Shown here in pieces: positions 41,997 through 51,141 of a stretch of DNA of 64,000 bases. Source of the DNA: a virus; IMG/VR virus record IMGVR_UViG_3300000303_000010; one strand, given 5' to 3'. A program made the position numbers and the translations under genes. The notes beneath the pieces are model-generated. The model made no database searches. It was given only the letters and a program-made list of their open reading frames with translations, and had not been told where the DNA came from. Position 1 is the first letter of the stretch, and each line of letters opens with the position of its first letter.

Positions 41997-42292
41997 TAAT
42001 CAATAAGAATAACATATTGCATATCCAGGAGCCTGAGCATAATGATCAATTGGTATGGATCGATATTTATATGGTATCAGGTATACTCAGACTGGGATTT
42101 ACCTATAATAAGCCGATTGAGAAGTTAGTAATGGCGAAAGCTAATGACTTCTATCAGGAATTGGATAAGGAAATGGGAGACAGTCATAATTTCTTTACAG
42201 TGGATAACCTACTGGTAGAATTTATAAAGTTCATCAATTTTCATCAGGTAGAAGACTTTGTAATCAAATCCTCTGCTAAGAATAGCAAATAG
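41993..42292 (+). CDS. Hypothetical protein
   Basis: 99 aa; ATGA overlap with the upstream gene. Confidence 0.6.
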   Translation: MIINKNNILHIQEPEHNDQLVWIDIYMVSGILRLGFTYNKPIEKLVMAKANDFYQELDKEMGDSHNFFTVDNLLVEFIKFINFHQVEDFVIKSSAKNSK

Positions 42293-42358
42293 GACCTATT
42301 ATTAAATGCTTCTAACAATCTTAAAGTCGTAATATTAACTAATTAAAACTCAAAAACA

Positions 42359-42706
42359 ATGGCAGAAGAACATGTATTAAATCCTGAAATACAGGATGCA
42401 GACAAGGAACAGAAACCCGTAGAAAAGAAGGAAGATCAGATACAAATTAATCTGGCTACTTCTTTGATAATCACTCCAATGATTAAGTTCATAGGAGAAA
42501 TTAAACCGGAAGTTCAGGGAGCTAATCCCCTATTTAGTTTGGTAGTGGTAACCGATGCAATCAAACTCAAGTTCACCGGTAAGATGCAAGCAATAAGAGG
42601 ATTGAAAGCTGGTCTTCTTAATGCTCTTACTCAAAACCAGATATACATTGCAAATGTATCGGAATCACTGGTAGAAGAAGGAGATCTGATGTATGAAGTC
42701 CTCTAA
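42359..42706 (+). CDS. Hypothetical protein
   Basis: 115 aa with AT-rich leader. Confidence 0.6.
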   Translation: MAEEHVLNPEIQDADKEQKPVEKKEDQIQINLATSLIITPMIKFIGEIKPEVQGANPLFSLVVVTDAIKLKFTGKMQAIRGLKAGLLNALTQNQIYIANVSESLVEEGDLMYEVL

Positions 42707-43100
42707 AAAGAAGAAACTACCTGATCTAACAAAGCAAGACCCTTTGACTCCAATTAATCTGGAGTCATTGGGTTCTAATGGAGATCCTTGCTTTGGTAAA
42801 TCCTATGATCTCTCAACTAAGGAATGTAAGTTATGCGGAGATTCCGAATTATGTGCATTGAAAATGTCTCAGAATCTAAGAATTACTCGCAAAGAACTAG
42901 AAGATAAGAATCATTATAAAGATTTAGATACTCTTCTGGATATTCAAGCGGTAAAGAAATATATTCGTTCGTTGAAGAGAAAGGGAATGACAAGAAGGGA
43001 AATTGTAAATAAGTGTTCAACTAAGTACGAAGCTCCCACTAAGGATATTCGTAAGATATACCGAGAACTATATGGAAAACAAAGTGATAATGGAAAATGA
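42693..43100 (+). CDS. Hypothetical Cys-containing basic protein
   Basis: C-x11-CxxC-x5-C cluster (CFGKSYDLSTKECKLCGDSELC) and a basic helical C-terminus. Confidence 0.55.
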   Translation: MKSSKKKKLPDLTKQDPLTPINLESLGSNGDPCFGKSYDLSTKECKLCGDSELCALKMSQNLRITRKELEDKNHYKDLDTLLDIQAVKKYIRSLKRKGMTRREIVNKCSTKYEAPTKDIRKIYRELYGKQSDNGK

Positions 43101-43737
43101 TTGGAATACTGATCCTATAAACAGAGTATGGGATAATGATCCCATAAACAGAGTATCAATATCCTTTACTAAGGTAAGAGAAGTCAAGGATCCCAGCACA
43201 TCTTATGATTCGGCTGGTCTTGATTTTTATATGCCCAATAATCTCAAGGAGGAGGACTTTACCAATTACAACAGTGTAAAGTTCGAATTAAACCTTTTCA
43301 ACGAAGTAGAGAAAATAATATTAGCACCTCACGGAAGAGTATTGATCCCATCAGGTATAAAAGTTAAGATCCCTAAAATGTTTGCATTGATTGCTCATAA
43401 TAAGTCTGGAGTATCCTCTAAGAAAGGATTGATATTCTCTGCCCAAGTAGTAGATGCGGATTATACTGGAGAGGTACATTTGGGGATAATTAATACTGGA
43501 AATGAGGAAACTTCTATTCAGGCAGGTACTAAGGTATTGCAATTCTTATTGGTACCAGTATTCCATGTAACTCTTAATGCAATCTCTAATGAGCAATATG
43601 CTACATTCAAGTCTTCTCGAGGTTCTAAGGGATTTGGTAGTAGTGATAAAATATCCACTATGGTTACCGGAGATTTTCCCAATAATCCAAATCCTCTTGG
43701 TATAATGTATGATGCAAGTAAAAGTGATCCAGATTAA
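43072..43737 (+). CDS. dut: Trimeric dUTPase
   Basis: All five motifs: SAGLDF, NKSGVS, VVDADYTGE, LQFLL and RGSKGFGSS. Confidence 0.92.
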   Translation: MENKVIMENDWNTDPINRVWDNDPINRVSISFTKVREVKDPSTSYDSAGLDFYMPNNLKEEDFTNYNSVKFELNLFNEVEKIILAPHGRVLIPSGIKVKIPKMFALIAHNKSGVSSKKGLIFSAQVVDADYTGEVHLGIINTGNEETSIQAGTKVLQFLLVPVFHVTLNAISNEQYATFKSSRGSKGFGSSDKISTMVTGDFPNNPNPLGIMYDASKSDPD

Positions 43738-43748
43738 TTTCATATATT

Positions 43749-44582
43749 ATGGATATACGTAATATTAAAGAGGAAGTCCCAAAGGTAGAGAATAGCCAAT
43801 ACTTGGAACAAATGTTTCAATTCGGTAGAGAACAACTAGTGGCTTATATAAATGATGGTCCTGAGGATCTTCCTGAAGAATTCCCCCTCAATGTAAATAT
43901 TCCTCGTAATCAAGTAGTTCTTAAAGACTTCATTAATAGGGTAATGGAAGAACTAATGGAAGGGTATGAATCTACTCAATTAGCTTTTAATATTATTTAC
44001 AATAAGGGTTGGAATGAAGAATTGCTTCATGAGGAGGAAGTAGAAGAACTTAATAACCATTTGCAAAATGCCTGTGAGGAACAAGCTGATGCTATGGGAT
44101 TTTTTATGACTCTTTTCCTGTATGCTAATATAGGGCCTGAAGATATTTATGAGTACGGTAATACTTGTATGAACTACCCTAATAAAATTGACAATTTATC
44201 TAAGGTGATGACTGCTGGTAGAGTACTCCATGATTTTGATGAGGATGAAAGGAGTTTATTTTACTTACCCATATTAGAAAAGAATGAAGATTATATACCT
44301 GGATTCTATACTATGAATGTTCCTTCTCATCTAATAACCGAAAAAGAAGGTATATTTAATGTCATGTATTATTTGAATATGGCAAGAAATTCTCTTAAGT
44401 GCAGACCTTGGAAAAATACTCAAGTAATGACTAAGGAAATAGAATTTCAGGAATGCTTGGTAAAGGCCTTTTATATGTATATGGGTTTCCTTTGTGAATT
44501 TAAGTTTACTCCAAGAAAACTATGTACTGAATATTTCAAAAAGTTTAAGCTTAACATGTGGCGACTTGCGTCAGCATATTAA
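43749..44582 (+). CDS. All-alpha NTP pyrophosphatase (T4 gp56 dCTPase / dimeric dUTPase-like)
   Basis: EELMEGYE and EEQAD acidic motifs, KCRPWK, and C-terminal YFKKFKLNMWRLASAY (family pattern Y..KN..N..RQ..GY). Confidence 0.75.
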   Translation: MDIRNIKEEVPKVENSQYLEQMFQFGREQLVAYINDGPEDLPEEFPLNVNIPRNQVVLKDFINRVMEELMEGYESTQLAFNIIYNKGWNEELLHEEEVEELNNHLQNACEEQADAMGFFMTLFLYANIGPEDIYEYGNTCMNYPNKIDNLSKVMTAGRVLHDFDEDERSLFYLPILEKNEDYIPGFYTMNVPSHLITEKEGIFNVMYYLNMARNSLKCRPWKNTQVMTKEIEFQECLVKAFYMYMGFLCEFKFTPRKLCTEYFKKFKLNMWRLASAY

Positions 44583-44592
44583 TTATTAATTT

Positions 44593-45525
44593 ATGGGAGG
44601 TTGGAATAAACCCTTAGAAGGATTAGAGAACATGGATGTTTCAGAGAACATCCATTCTCTTGAGTTTGCTACTTCACAGGAGGCATGGGAGAGATTGAAC
44701 GAGTATTTCCTTCAGATGAATCCCATTCTCTTTAACAAAGGAGCACTTGCAAATAGCGGATTGGCCGTATGCTATAACGTTTTTATTCGCATAAGAAAAG
44801 CATGGGTTGATCCAGAGTTTGATTATGGAAGACACTTTAATTATACTTCGTCTAAATGGAGTGTTCTTCTAAATAACTATATCGACTTTAATAAGTTGGA
44901 TTTGATGAGATCTCGAATAAGAACTCTAAAGAACAGTTACAATCAGAATTACAATGTTACCTATATATTCAACAATAAGCATGATAATGGTAAACAATGT
45001 CTGATTGCTGCAACTTTTTCAAAGAGATTTCAGGAAGATATACCCGTAATAACGATGGTATTAAGGGCATCAGAGATAACTAAAAGGTTAATGTTCGATT
45101 TTCTTCTCGTACAAAGGATGGCAGAATATGTATATGGTCCCAATCAATCCGTACAATTAAATCTGTTCGCTACACAGATGTATGGAAATACCGAGACTTT
45201 AATTATGTATGATGCTCATAAACCAGTTTCTAAGGTAATTAAGAAATACGATAATCCCTGGGTGGATAATGTAAAGAAGGTATACAAAAAATTCAAGGAG
45301 GGTACAGAGAAGGATTTTTATTCTTTTAAGGTATACTTTAGGAGTTTTAAGGTTGTACGTCCCGATCTTTATCAATATAAACCTTTGCTTGCTAAAAACC
45401 TGGTTATAGAGGATGATCCTATAGAGTATCCAGAAAATTGCATATCCTATTCACAAAGGAAAAAGTTCCGTACTAAATACTTAAGAAAACAGAAGAAAAA
45501 TGAAAAAGTGGATAGTACTGATTGA
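44593..45525 (+). CDS. Divergent thymidylate-synthase-fold protein
   Basis: KQCLIAATF (QC in place of PC; Cys at 44998) and LRASEITKRLMFDF (aligns with RSxD...N/D; Asp at 45097). N-terminal FATSQEAWERL resembles TS starts. Confidence 0.65.
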   Translation: MGGWNKPLEGLENMDVSENIHSLEFATSQEAWERLNEYFLQMNPILFNKGALANSGLAVCYNVFIRIRKAWVDPEFDYGRHFNYTSSKWSVLLNNYIDFNKLDLMRSRIRTLKNSYNQNYNVTYIFNNKHDNGKQCLIAATFSKRFQEDIPVITMVLRASEITKRLMFDFLLVQRMAEYVYGPNQSVQLNLFATQMYGNTETLIMYDAHKPVSKVIKKYDNPWVDNVKKVYKKFKEGTEKDFYSFKVYFRSFKVVRPDLYQYKPLLAKNLVIEDDPIEYPENCISYSQRKKFRTKYLRKQKKNEKVDSTD

Positions 45526-45658
45526 TAATTATGAAACTTTTATCACTGATGATGAGACAGAAGCATACAAGATGTATAACTACTTTCGCGATATGAAGTT
45601 ACCTGTTGCTTTATATGAATGTAAACAATTTTCCAATTTTCATACTAAACAAAAATGA
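45500..45658 (+). CDS. 52-aa ORF not in the ORF track
   Basis: MKKWIVLIDNYETFITDDETEAYKMYNYFRDMKLPVALYECKQFSNFHTKQK. Overlaps the upstream gene and ends in an ATGA overlap with 45655. Confidence 0.55.
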   Translation: MKKWIVLIDNYETFITDDETEAYKMYNYFRDMKLPVALYECKQFSNFHTKQK

Positions 45659-46455
45659 GGATATATCAAAATTCATTCGAACTAATGTCCGAAATGGGCA
45701 GAGAGTTAAATTCCTATGGTACAATAGTAAAACCTAAGCATTACCAAAATAAGGATATTGAAGGTAATGAGGATTTTATTACTAAGGAGATAATATGCCA
45801 ACAGTATTGCCTAACTAATTTGGGTGATCCCATATGGTTGTTTGTATTTACTCATGCGAAGGAATGGGCAGATGCTGAGTTTAAGGAGAGGATTTCCGTT
45901 AAAAAGATAAATCCTGGAGAAGCTTGGGAACTTAGAGAGGATCTTTGGAAAGAATTTCTAACTGATAGAGGTAGTGATCGAGAAGTATTTGATTATACCT
46001 ATAATGAGAGAATGTCCAACTTGGTATATTATGAGTCCCCATCAGTAATACAAGATAATCGTCAATGGGATACCCATCTAAATCATATAATTGACCTCTT
46101 AAGGGATGACCCTGATACTCGTAAAGCAGTATTAAGTATATACGATACTACTATTGATGCTTATCATTTATGGGGAGATAGAAGAATTCCTTGCTCAATG
46201 TATTATGATTTTCTTATAAGGGAAAACCCAAAAGGAGAAAAACAATTGAACATATGCTACCATCAAAGGTCCTGCGATTATGCAACCTTCTTTGGTAGTG
46301 ATGTATACCTTGCATGGAGATTGATGGAATATGTTGCAGAGAAAGTGGGAGTTAAACCCGGTTATCTATTCCATACCATTGACTCTTTACATGTATATAA
46401 GAAGGATTGGCATGTTCTCTCAATGAATTTGGAGGACCTACAAGACAATTATTGA
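45655..46455 (+). CDS. Thymidylate-synthase-family enzyme with dCMP-type specificity residue (putative dCMP hydroxymethylase / methylase)
   Basis: DPDTRKAV, catalytic IPC (Cys at 46192), HQRSCDYATFFGSD with Asp (46300) where dUMP-specific ThyA has Asn, and DSLHVY. Confidence 0.8.
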   Translation: MRIYQNSFELMSEMGRELNSYGTIVKPKHYQNKDIEGNEDFITKEIICQQYCLTNLGDPIWLFVFTHAKEWADAEFKERISVKKINPGEAWELREDLWKEFLTDRGSDREVFDYTYNERMSNLVYYESPSVIQDNRQWDTHLNHIIDLLRDDPDTRKAVLSIYDTTIDAYHLWGDRRIPCSMYYDFLIRENPKGEKQLNICYHQRSCDYATFFGSDVYLAWRLMEYVAEKVGVKPGYLFHTIDSLHVYKKDWHVLSMNLEDLQDNY

Positions 46456-46456
46456 T

Positions 46457-48727
46457 ATGGAAACTAAATATCACATAATAAAAAACTTACAGGAACTGGA
46501 CACTTTAATCCAGTCCTGTAAGTATACAGGGTATTGCTGCTATGATTTTGAGTCAAATGCACAACCCTTGTATAACCATGATTTTAGAGCAACCATATTA
46601 TCCATATCATTTCAGCCTGGATTTGGTTGCTCTATTCCGTTACAACATCCTGAAACTCCAAAGAATTTCCCTTGGAAAAAGGCATTACTTAAAATAGGTC
46701 ATGAGCTTATTGAGGATTATGATGTAATCAAAGTAGGATGGAATATAAAATTCGATAACCAGATATGGGAGAAGTTCGGTATATATTATAGAGGTACTGC
46801 CATAGATGGAATGCTTGCTAAATATATCCTAAATGAGGAACGTCCCAATGATCTAAAATCTATGGTAAGGAGATACTTACCTGAGTATGGCAATTACGAG
46901 AAACAGGATGCCTTTGATAAAATACCTTGGGATAAAAAGGAACTGGAACCTCTTTGCAAATATGGATGCCAAGATACTGATTATACCTTGAGATTAACCT
47001 TATTCTTTGAAAAGAAACTAATAGACTTGGGATTGTATGATTTGTATCGTAATCTTATAATGACTGCATCCCGAGTACTTACTTCAGCGGAGAGACGTGG
47101 ATTATATTTAGATCGAAAATTCAACCAACAATTATTGGAAGAGTATAAACCTAAAATAGAACAAGCCAAGAGCAATGTATATAATCTTCCAAGAGTAAAA
47201 AGATTTACTAAAGAATATAATCAACAGAAAGTAGATGCTTATATTTCTAGCATTGAAAAAGAATTAGAGGATTTGGATCCCAATGATCCTAAGGATGCTC
47301 GTAAAATAAAATCCCGGGAGGAGAAAATTGCAAGGATTAAGGCAGGAGAATTTACTACTAAAAAGGAACAGGAACTTATAAGACCTATAAACTTGGGTAG
47401 TTCTGTAGATTTACCTGCAATTATGTTCGGTGAAAGTGGATTTAACTTTAAACCCATAAAAATGACTGATAAGGGCAAACCTTCAACAGATGAGGAATCC
47501 TTAACTGAAATGAGATTAAAGGTAAAAAATCCTGAATCACCTAAAGCAATATTCCTGGATAATCTTTTGGAATTAAGGGCATTACAAAAGATGTATACTA
47601 CCTATATTGAGGGGTGGCATGATAAAGTACAGGATGATAATTGTTTACATGGTAAATTTAATCTAATAGGAACTACGAGTGGAAGATTATCTTCATCTGA
47701 GCCAAATATGCAACAAGTACCCAAAACTTCCGTGGATCCAAATATTAAAAAGCAACTAATAGCTAAACCTGGAACTTTATATTTAGTAATGGATTTTAGC
47801 CAAGCTGAATTGAGAATTATGGCTTACTTATCAGGAGATGAAACTTACCTTCATGCTTTTGCAAATGGTCAGGATCCTCACTTAGCTATTGCAGCTAAAA
47901 AATATGGAGTTCCTTATGAAGAAGCTTTTAAGGTTTATTCCGATGAAAATCATCCTGATTATAAGCTTTGGAAAACTAGAAGAAAGCAAGCTAAACAAAT
48001 TGCGTTCGGAATTATATATGGAATTCAGGCAAAACTTTTATCCCAAAAATTATCCGATCCTAAGGCAGGATTGATAGTTACTCCATCCGAAGCACAGCAA
48101 CAATTGGATGAATTCTTTGAGGAACATCCCGCTATTAAGAAATTCATGAAACATCAAGCTAAAATTCTACATAGAGATGGGTATGTTAAATCTCTGTTTG
48201 GAAGGAAGAGAAGATTACCTCAGGTATATTCCGAAGATATGGGGGAAGTTGCTTATGCTGAAAGATTATCTGTAAATTTCCCCTGTCAATCTGCAGCATC
48301 AGATATGAATTTGTTTGGTAGTATATTACTGTATTGGGAAATGATACAGGGTAAATTTCCAATGATGGAATTGAATTGTTTAGTTCATGATGCTTCTTAC
48401 TTTTATGTAGATCCAAAATATATAAATACTTGGGTAATATATAAGATGTGGGATATATTTAGGAATCCTAAAACTAAACCCTATTTTGGATTCCAAATAG
48501 ATACCGTAGATATGTCTATGGATTTTTCTATTGGAAGAACCATGGCAGAAGAATTGCCCTTTATTCCTGGTTATGACTACAACAAAATGCTTCAACCAGA
48601 TTTTTCAGTAGAAGAATACATGGAGGAGTACAAAAAGTTTAAACATATCCCCATAAAGGATTATAAAAAGTTATTTGGAAAGGAGATGGATAAATATGAA
48701 CAACAATTCAGAAAACGAAAACTATAG
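46457..48727 (+). CDS. polA: Family A DNA polymerase with 3'-5' exonuclease
   Basis: Exo motifs YDFES, WNIKFD and YGCQDT. Pol motifs TTSGRLSSSEPNMQQVP, DFSQAELRI, RKQAKQIAFGIIYG and VHDA. Confidence 0.95.
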   Translation: METKYHIIKNLQELDTLIQSCKYTGYCCYDFESNAQPLYNHDFRATILSISFQPGFGCSIPLQHPETPKNFPWKKALLKIGHELIEDYDVIKVGWNIKFDNQIWEKFGIYYRGTAIDGMLAKYILNEERPNDLKSMVRRYLPEYGNYEKQDAFDKIPWDKKELEPLCKYGCQDTDYTLRLTLFFEKKLIDLGLYDLYRNLIMTASRVLTSAERRGLYLDRKFNQQLLEEYKPKIEQAKSNVYNLPRVKRFTKEYNQQKVDAYISSIEKELEDLDPNDPKDARKIKSREEKIARIKAGEFTTKKEQELIRPINLGSSVDLPAIMFGESGFNFKPIKMTDKGKPSTDEESLTEMRLKVKNPESPKAIFLDNLLELRALQKMYTTYIEGWHDKVQDDNCLHGKFNLIGTTSGRLSSSEPNMQQVPKTSVDPNIKKQLIAKPGTLYLVMDFSQAELRIMAYLSGDETYLHAFANGQDPHLAIAAKKYGVPYEEAFKVYSDENHPDYKLWKTRRKQAKQIAFGIIYGIQAKLLSQKLSDPKAGLIVTPSEAQQQLDEFFEEHPAIKKFMKHQAKILHRDGYVKSLFGRKRRLPQVYSEDMGEVAYAERLSVNFPCQSAASDMNLFGSILLYWEMIQGKFPMMELNCLVHDASYFYVDPKYINTWVIYKMWDIFRNPKTKPYFGFQIDTVDMSMDFSIGRTMAEELPFIPGYDYNKMLQPDFSVEEYMEEYKKFKHIPIKDYKKLFGKEMDKYEQQFRKRKL

Positions 48728-48902
48728 ATTTATCGTATTTGTTGAAAGTCATGATGTTGGATATTATTCTTCAATGTACGATAGTAAACCTCACAATAGA
48801 ATAGATGATATAGTTGCTATAGTTAAGTCCGAAGATACTGCTAAGGATATGTGTAAAGATCGTAAAGAATTAAGTTATACTAGAGTAAAATGGGAGGATT
48901 AA
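48696..48902 (+). CDS. Small hypothetical protein
   Basis: Likely start at ATG 48696 (MNNNSENENYRF...) rather than 48675. Confidence 0.5.
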   Translation: MNNNSENENYRFIVFVESHDVGYYSSMYDSKPHNRIDDIVAIVKSEDTAKDMCKDRKELSYTRVKWED

Positions 48903-48905
48903 ATT

Positions 48906-49463
48906 ATGGATCGTCAAAGGCAATTATTACTTAGCCAACTTAAAGAAAACAAATATTACAAGGAGGCTAACTGGAGATTACACTTAGTTTATATTCTTTC
49001 AGGTGTACTCCAAAAGAATTATGAATACCTTGATAATGCTTTAAAGATGATGGGAGTAAAACTTAATCCCAATGATAAATGGCATATAACCGAAATACTG
49101 AAGGCATCAAAAAGATCCATTTATCATGCCGAGCAATTATATAAGGAAATACCCAATGAAAATGATGGAGAGAATGCTAGTTATATCCATGAAAATTGGG
49201 TAGATATATTCTATGCGTTATTCTTAAAAATGCTAGAAATATCAGGGGATGAGGATACTTATGCTAAAGTAAGGATGTATGAAATATATAATTACTTAGA
49301 TAGATTTAAAAGGCATATAGAAGCTCCTGAAATGAGTACACAGGAACAATATGCTTTTGGTAAGTTAAAAGAACTTATAAAAGAAGGAAATATACAGTAT
49401 GATAAAGAAAAACTGTTCAGGCCTAAATTCAGTGCCCTTGACACCTTTAAAGGTAAAGATTGA
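48906..49463 (+). CDS. Hypothetical helical protein
   Basis: 185 aa ORF in the operon. Confidence 0.55.
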   Translation: MDRQRQLLLSQLKENKYYKEANWRLHLVYILSGVLQKNYEYLDNALKMMGVKLNPNDKWHITEILKASKRSIYHAEQLYKEIPNENDGENASYIHENWVDIFYALFLKMLEISGDEDTYAKVRMYEIYNYLDRFKRHIEAPEMSTQEQYAFGKLKELIKEGNIQYDKEKLFRPKFSALDTFKGKD

Positions 49464-49848
49464 TGGCAACTATTATTATATCGATCCCAAAAAGGAGATG
49501 GATATAGATGAGGATAATTTGGATGAAGAACTTAAAAAATCTTTGTTCAATTATACTATATTATGTCGTGCTAGAGATTATCTTATAAAGAAAAGAGATT
49601 TACTTGCAAGGGAGAAAGAAGAGGCTTATTCCAAAGCTTGGTTATTCTATAAAGATACCAATGAAAGGTGGAATAATGATTATGTTTCGAATAAGGCAAA
49701 TACTAATTCGAAATATAAATCTCTTTCAGAGAAATATATTAAGGCTTGCGAAGCTGCAAGTAATTTAATCTCTTTCTGTAGAGCCTACGAGAATCGTATA
49801 GATGTATTAAGAACCCTAAATGCTAACCAAAGAAAACTTAATGGATAG
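49399..49848 (+). CDS. Recombination mediator UvsY-like
   Basis: IDEDNLDEELKK followed by a long coiled-coil ending RIDVLRTLNANQRK; lies near SSB and RecA. Confidence 0.6.
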   Translation: MIKKNCSGLNSVPLTPLKVKIDGNYYYIDPKKEMDIDEDNLDEELKKSLFNYTILCRARDYLIKKRDLLAREKEEAYSKAWLFYKDTNERWNNDYVSNKANTNSKYKSLSEKYIKACEAASNLISFCRAYENRIDVLRTLNANQRKLNG

Positions 49849-49877
49849 TTATCATTTTTAATCAAAATCACATATTT

Positions 49878-50273
49878 ATGGAACGTATAAAACTTGATTA
49901 CATCTCTTCAGCTGTAGCTGAATTGATTAACAAAATCCTTAGCTCAAAAGGTATACCTGCTGAGGATAAAGTAGTAGTTGCAACCCCTATCGGGGAAACT
50001 AAGGTGGGAAATATTATACTCCCGGGAACTATGGATGAATCCAGACCCAAAAAGGGTGTAATAGTCCAACATGGTAGTATATCCGAAGCTTATCAAAGAC
50101 AGGAGTATCTATTTAATATTGGTAATATCATTACTTACGGATTGTATTCTGGTAAAGAGATTCAGTTTGATGCTGATGAATTCCCTCAAGAATTACAAAA
50201 GGAACTTGAGAATACCAAATTCACAATCCTATCACTTTCAGAAATTGCATACGTTGAAATAAATCCTAAATAA
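49878..50273 (+). CDS. groES: Phage GroES-like co-chaperonin
   Basis: PAEDKVVV...ETKVGNIILP...RPKKGVIVQHG...GNIITYGLYSGKEI...ILSLSEI follows the GroES pattern. Confidence 0.75.
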   Translation: MERIKLDYISSAVAELINKILSSKGIPAEDKVVVATPIGETKVGNIILPGTMDESRPKKGVIVQHGSISEAYQRQEYLFNIGNIITYGLYSGKEIQFDADEFPQELQKELENTKFTILSLSEIAYVEINPK

Positions 50274-50274
50274 T

Positions 50275-51042
50275 ATGAAAAAAGTAAAGAAATTATCCAC
50301 ATCTGGTATGTCCACAAGGGACAAGATGTTGGCCAGGAAAAAGAAGCTCCAGGAAAAAGGGGGTAGTGGATTTGTATTTCCTAAAGAGGGTATTACTCGT
50401 ATAAGGATGAAATCTCCAGGTGATGATAAGGAACTGGGTATGGAGCTTATACAGTTCTATCCCAATCCTAAAATAGGTGGCATTATATCCCCAGCTACTT
50501 TTGATGAACCTTGTCCTTGGATGGAGAAATACCAGGAACTTAAAAATTCAAAAGATGAATCGGATAAGGAACTGGCAAAGAAACTTATTCCTCGTAGGAA
50601 ATACGTAATAGGAGGTATAGTATATGAGGATGAGAAAGGTCTTAAACCGGATTATAATGGAGAGGATAAAGCTGTTCTGATAGCTTCGGGAGTTTATCAA
50701 GATATAATCGATCTCTATTTAGATGAGGATGACTATGGAGATATGACTGACCCAATAAAGGGATACGATATAAAAATCCAAAGATCTGGGTCAGGTAAAA
50801 ATGATACTACCTATTCAGTAAGACCTTGTAAACCTTCTAAGTTAGATCCCAAATTTAGGGGTAATATAGATCTGGAAGGAATAGTTAGGAAACAGGTACT
50901 TTCTTATGATGAGCTTGAATCCAAATTAAAGGAATTCTTAAATGAGGATTTTGAGGAGGAAGAAGAGGATACAGAAGAACCTAAAAAGAAGGTTAAAAAG
51001 GTAAAGAAGGTATCTAAGAAGAAATTCAAATCCGATATTTGA
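50275..51042 (+). CDS. Single-stranded DNA-binding protein (gp32-like)
   Basis: PCPWMEK, RRKYVIGGIV, MTDPIKGYDIKIQRSGSGKNDTTYSV; acidic then basic tail. Confidence 0.75.
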   Translation: MKKVKKLSTSGMSTRDKMLARKKKLQEKGGSGFVFPKEGITRIRMKSPGDDKELGMELIQFYPNPKIGGIISPATFDEPCPWMEKYQELKNSKDESDKELAKKLIPRRKYVIGGIVYEDEKGLKPDYNGEDKAVLIASGVYQDIIDLYLDEDDYGDMTDPIKGYDIKIQRSGSGKNDTTYSVRPCKPSKLDPKFRGNIDLEGIVRKQVLSYDELESKLKEFLNEDFEEEEEDTEEPKKKVKKVKKVSKKKFKSDI

Positions 51043-51083
51043 TTGTTTCCATAAGTAATATATTAGTAATGTGTTGGTTGAAG

Positions 51084-51124
51084 GGAGTGGTAGAAGGATA
51101 ATATCTAACTATCACTCCTTTTAT
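51084..51124 (+). terminator. Hairpin plus U-tract after the SSB gene
   Basis: GGAGTGGTAG...CTATCACTCC followed by TTTT. Confidence 0.6.
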
Positions 51125-51141
51125 TGTAGATTAAAATCATT

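Noticed and set aside
45655-46455. Annotating this gene as ordinary thymidylate synthase (thyA)
   Set aside because: The specificity residue is Asp rather than Asn, and the neighbours include a gp56-like dNTPase and a second TS-fold gene.
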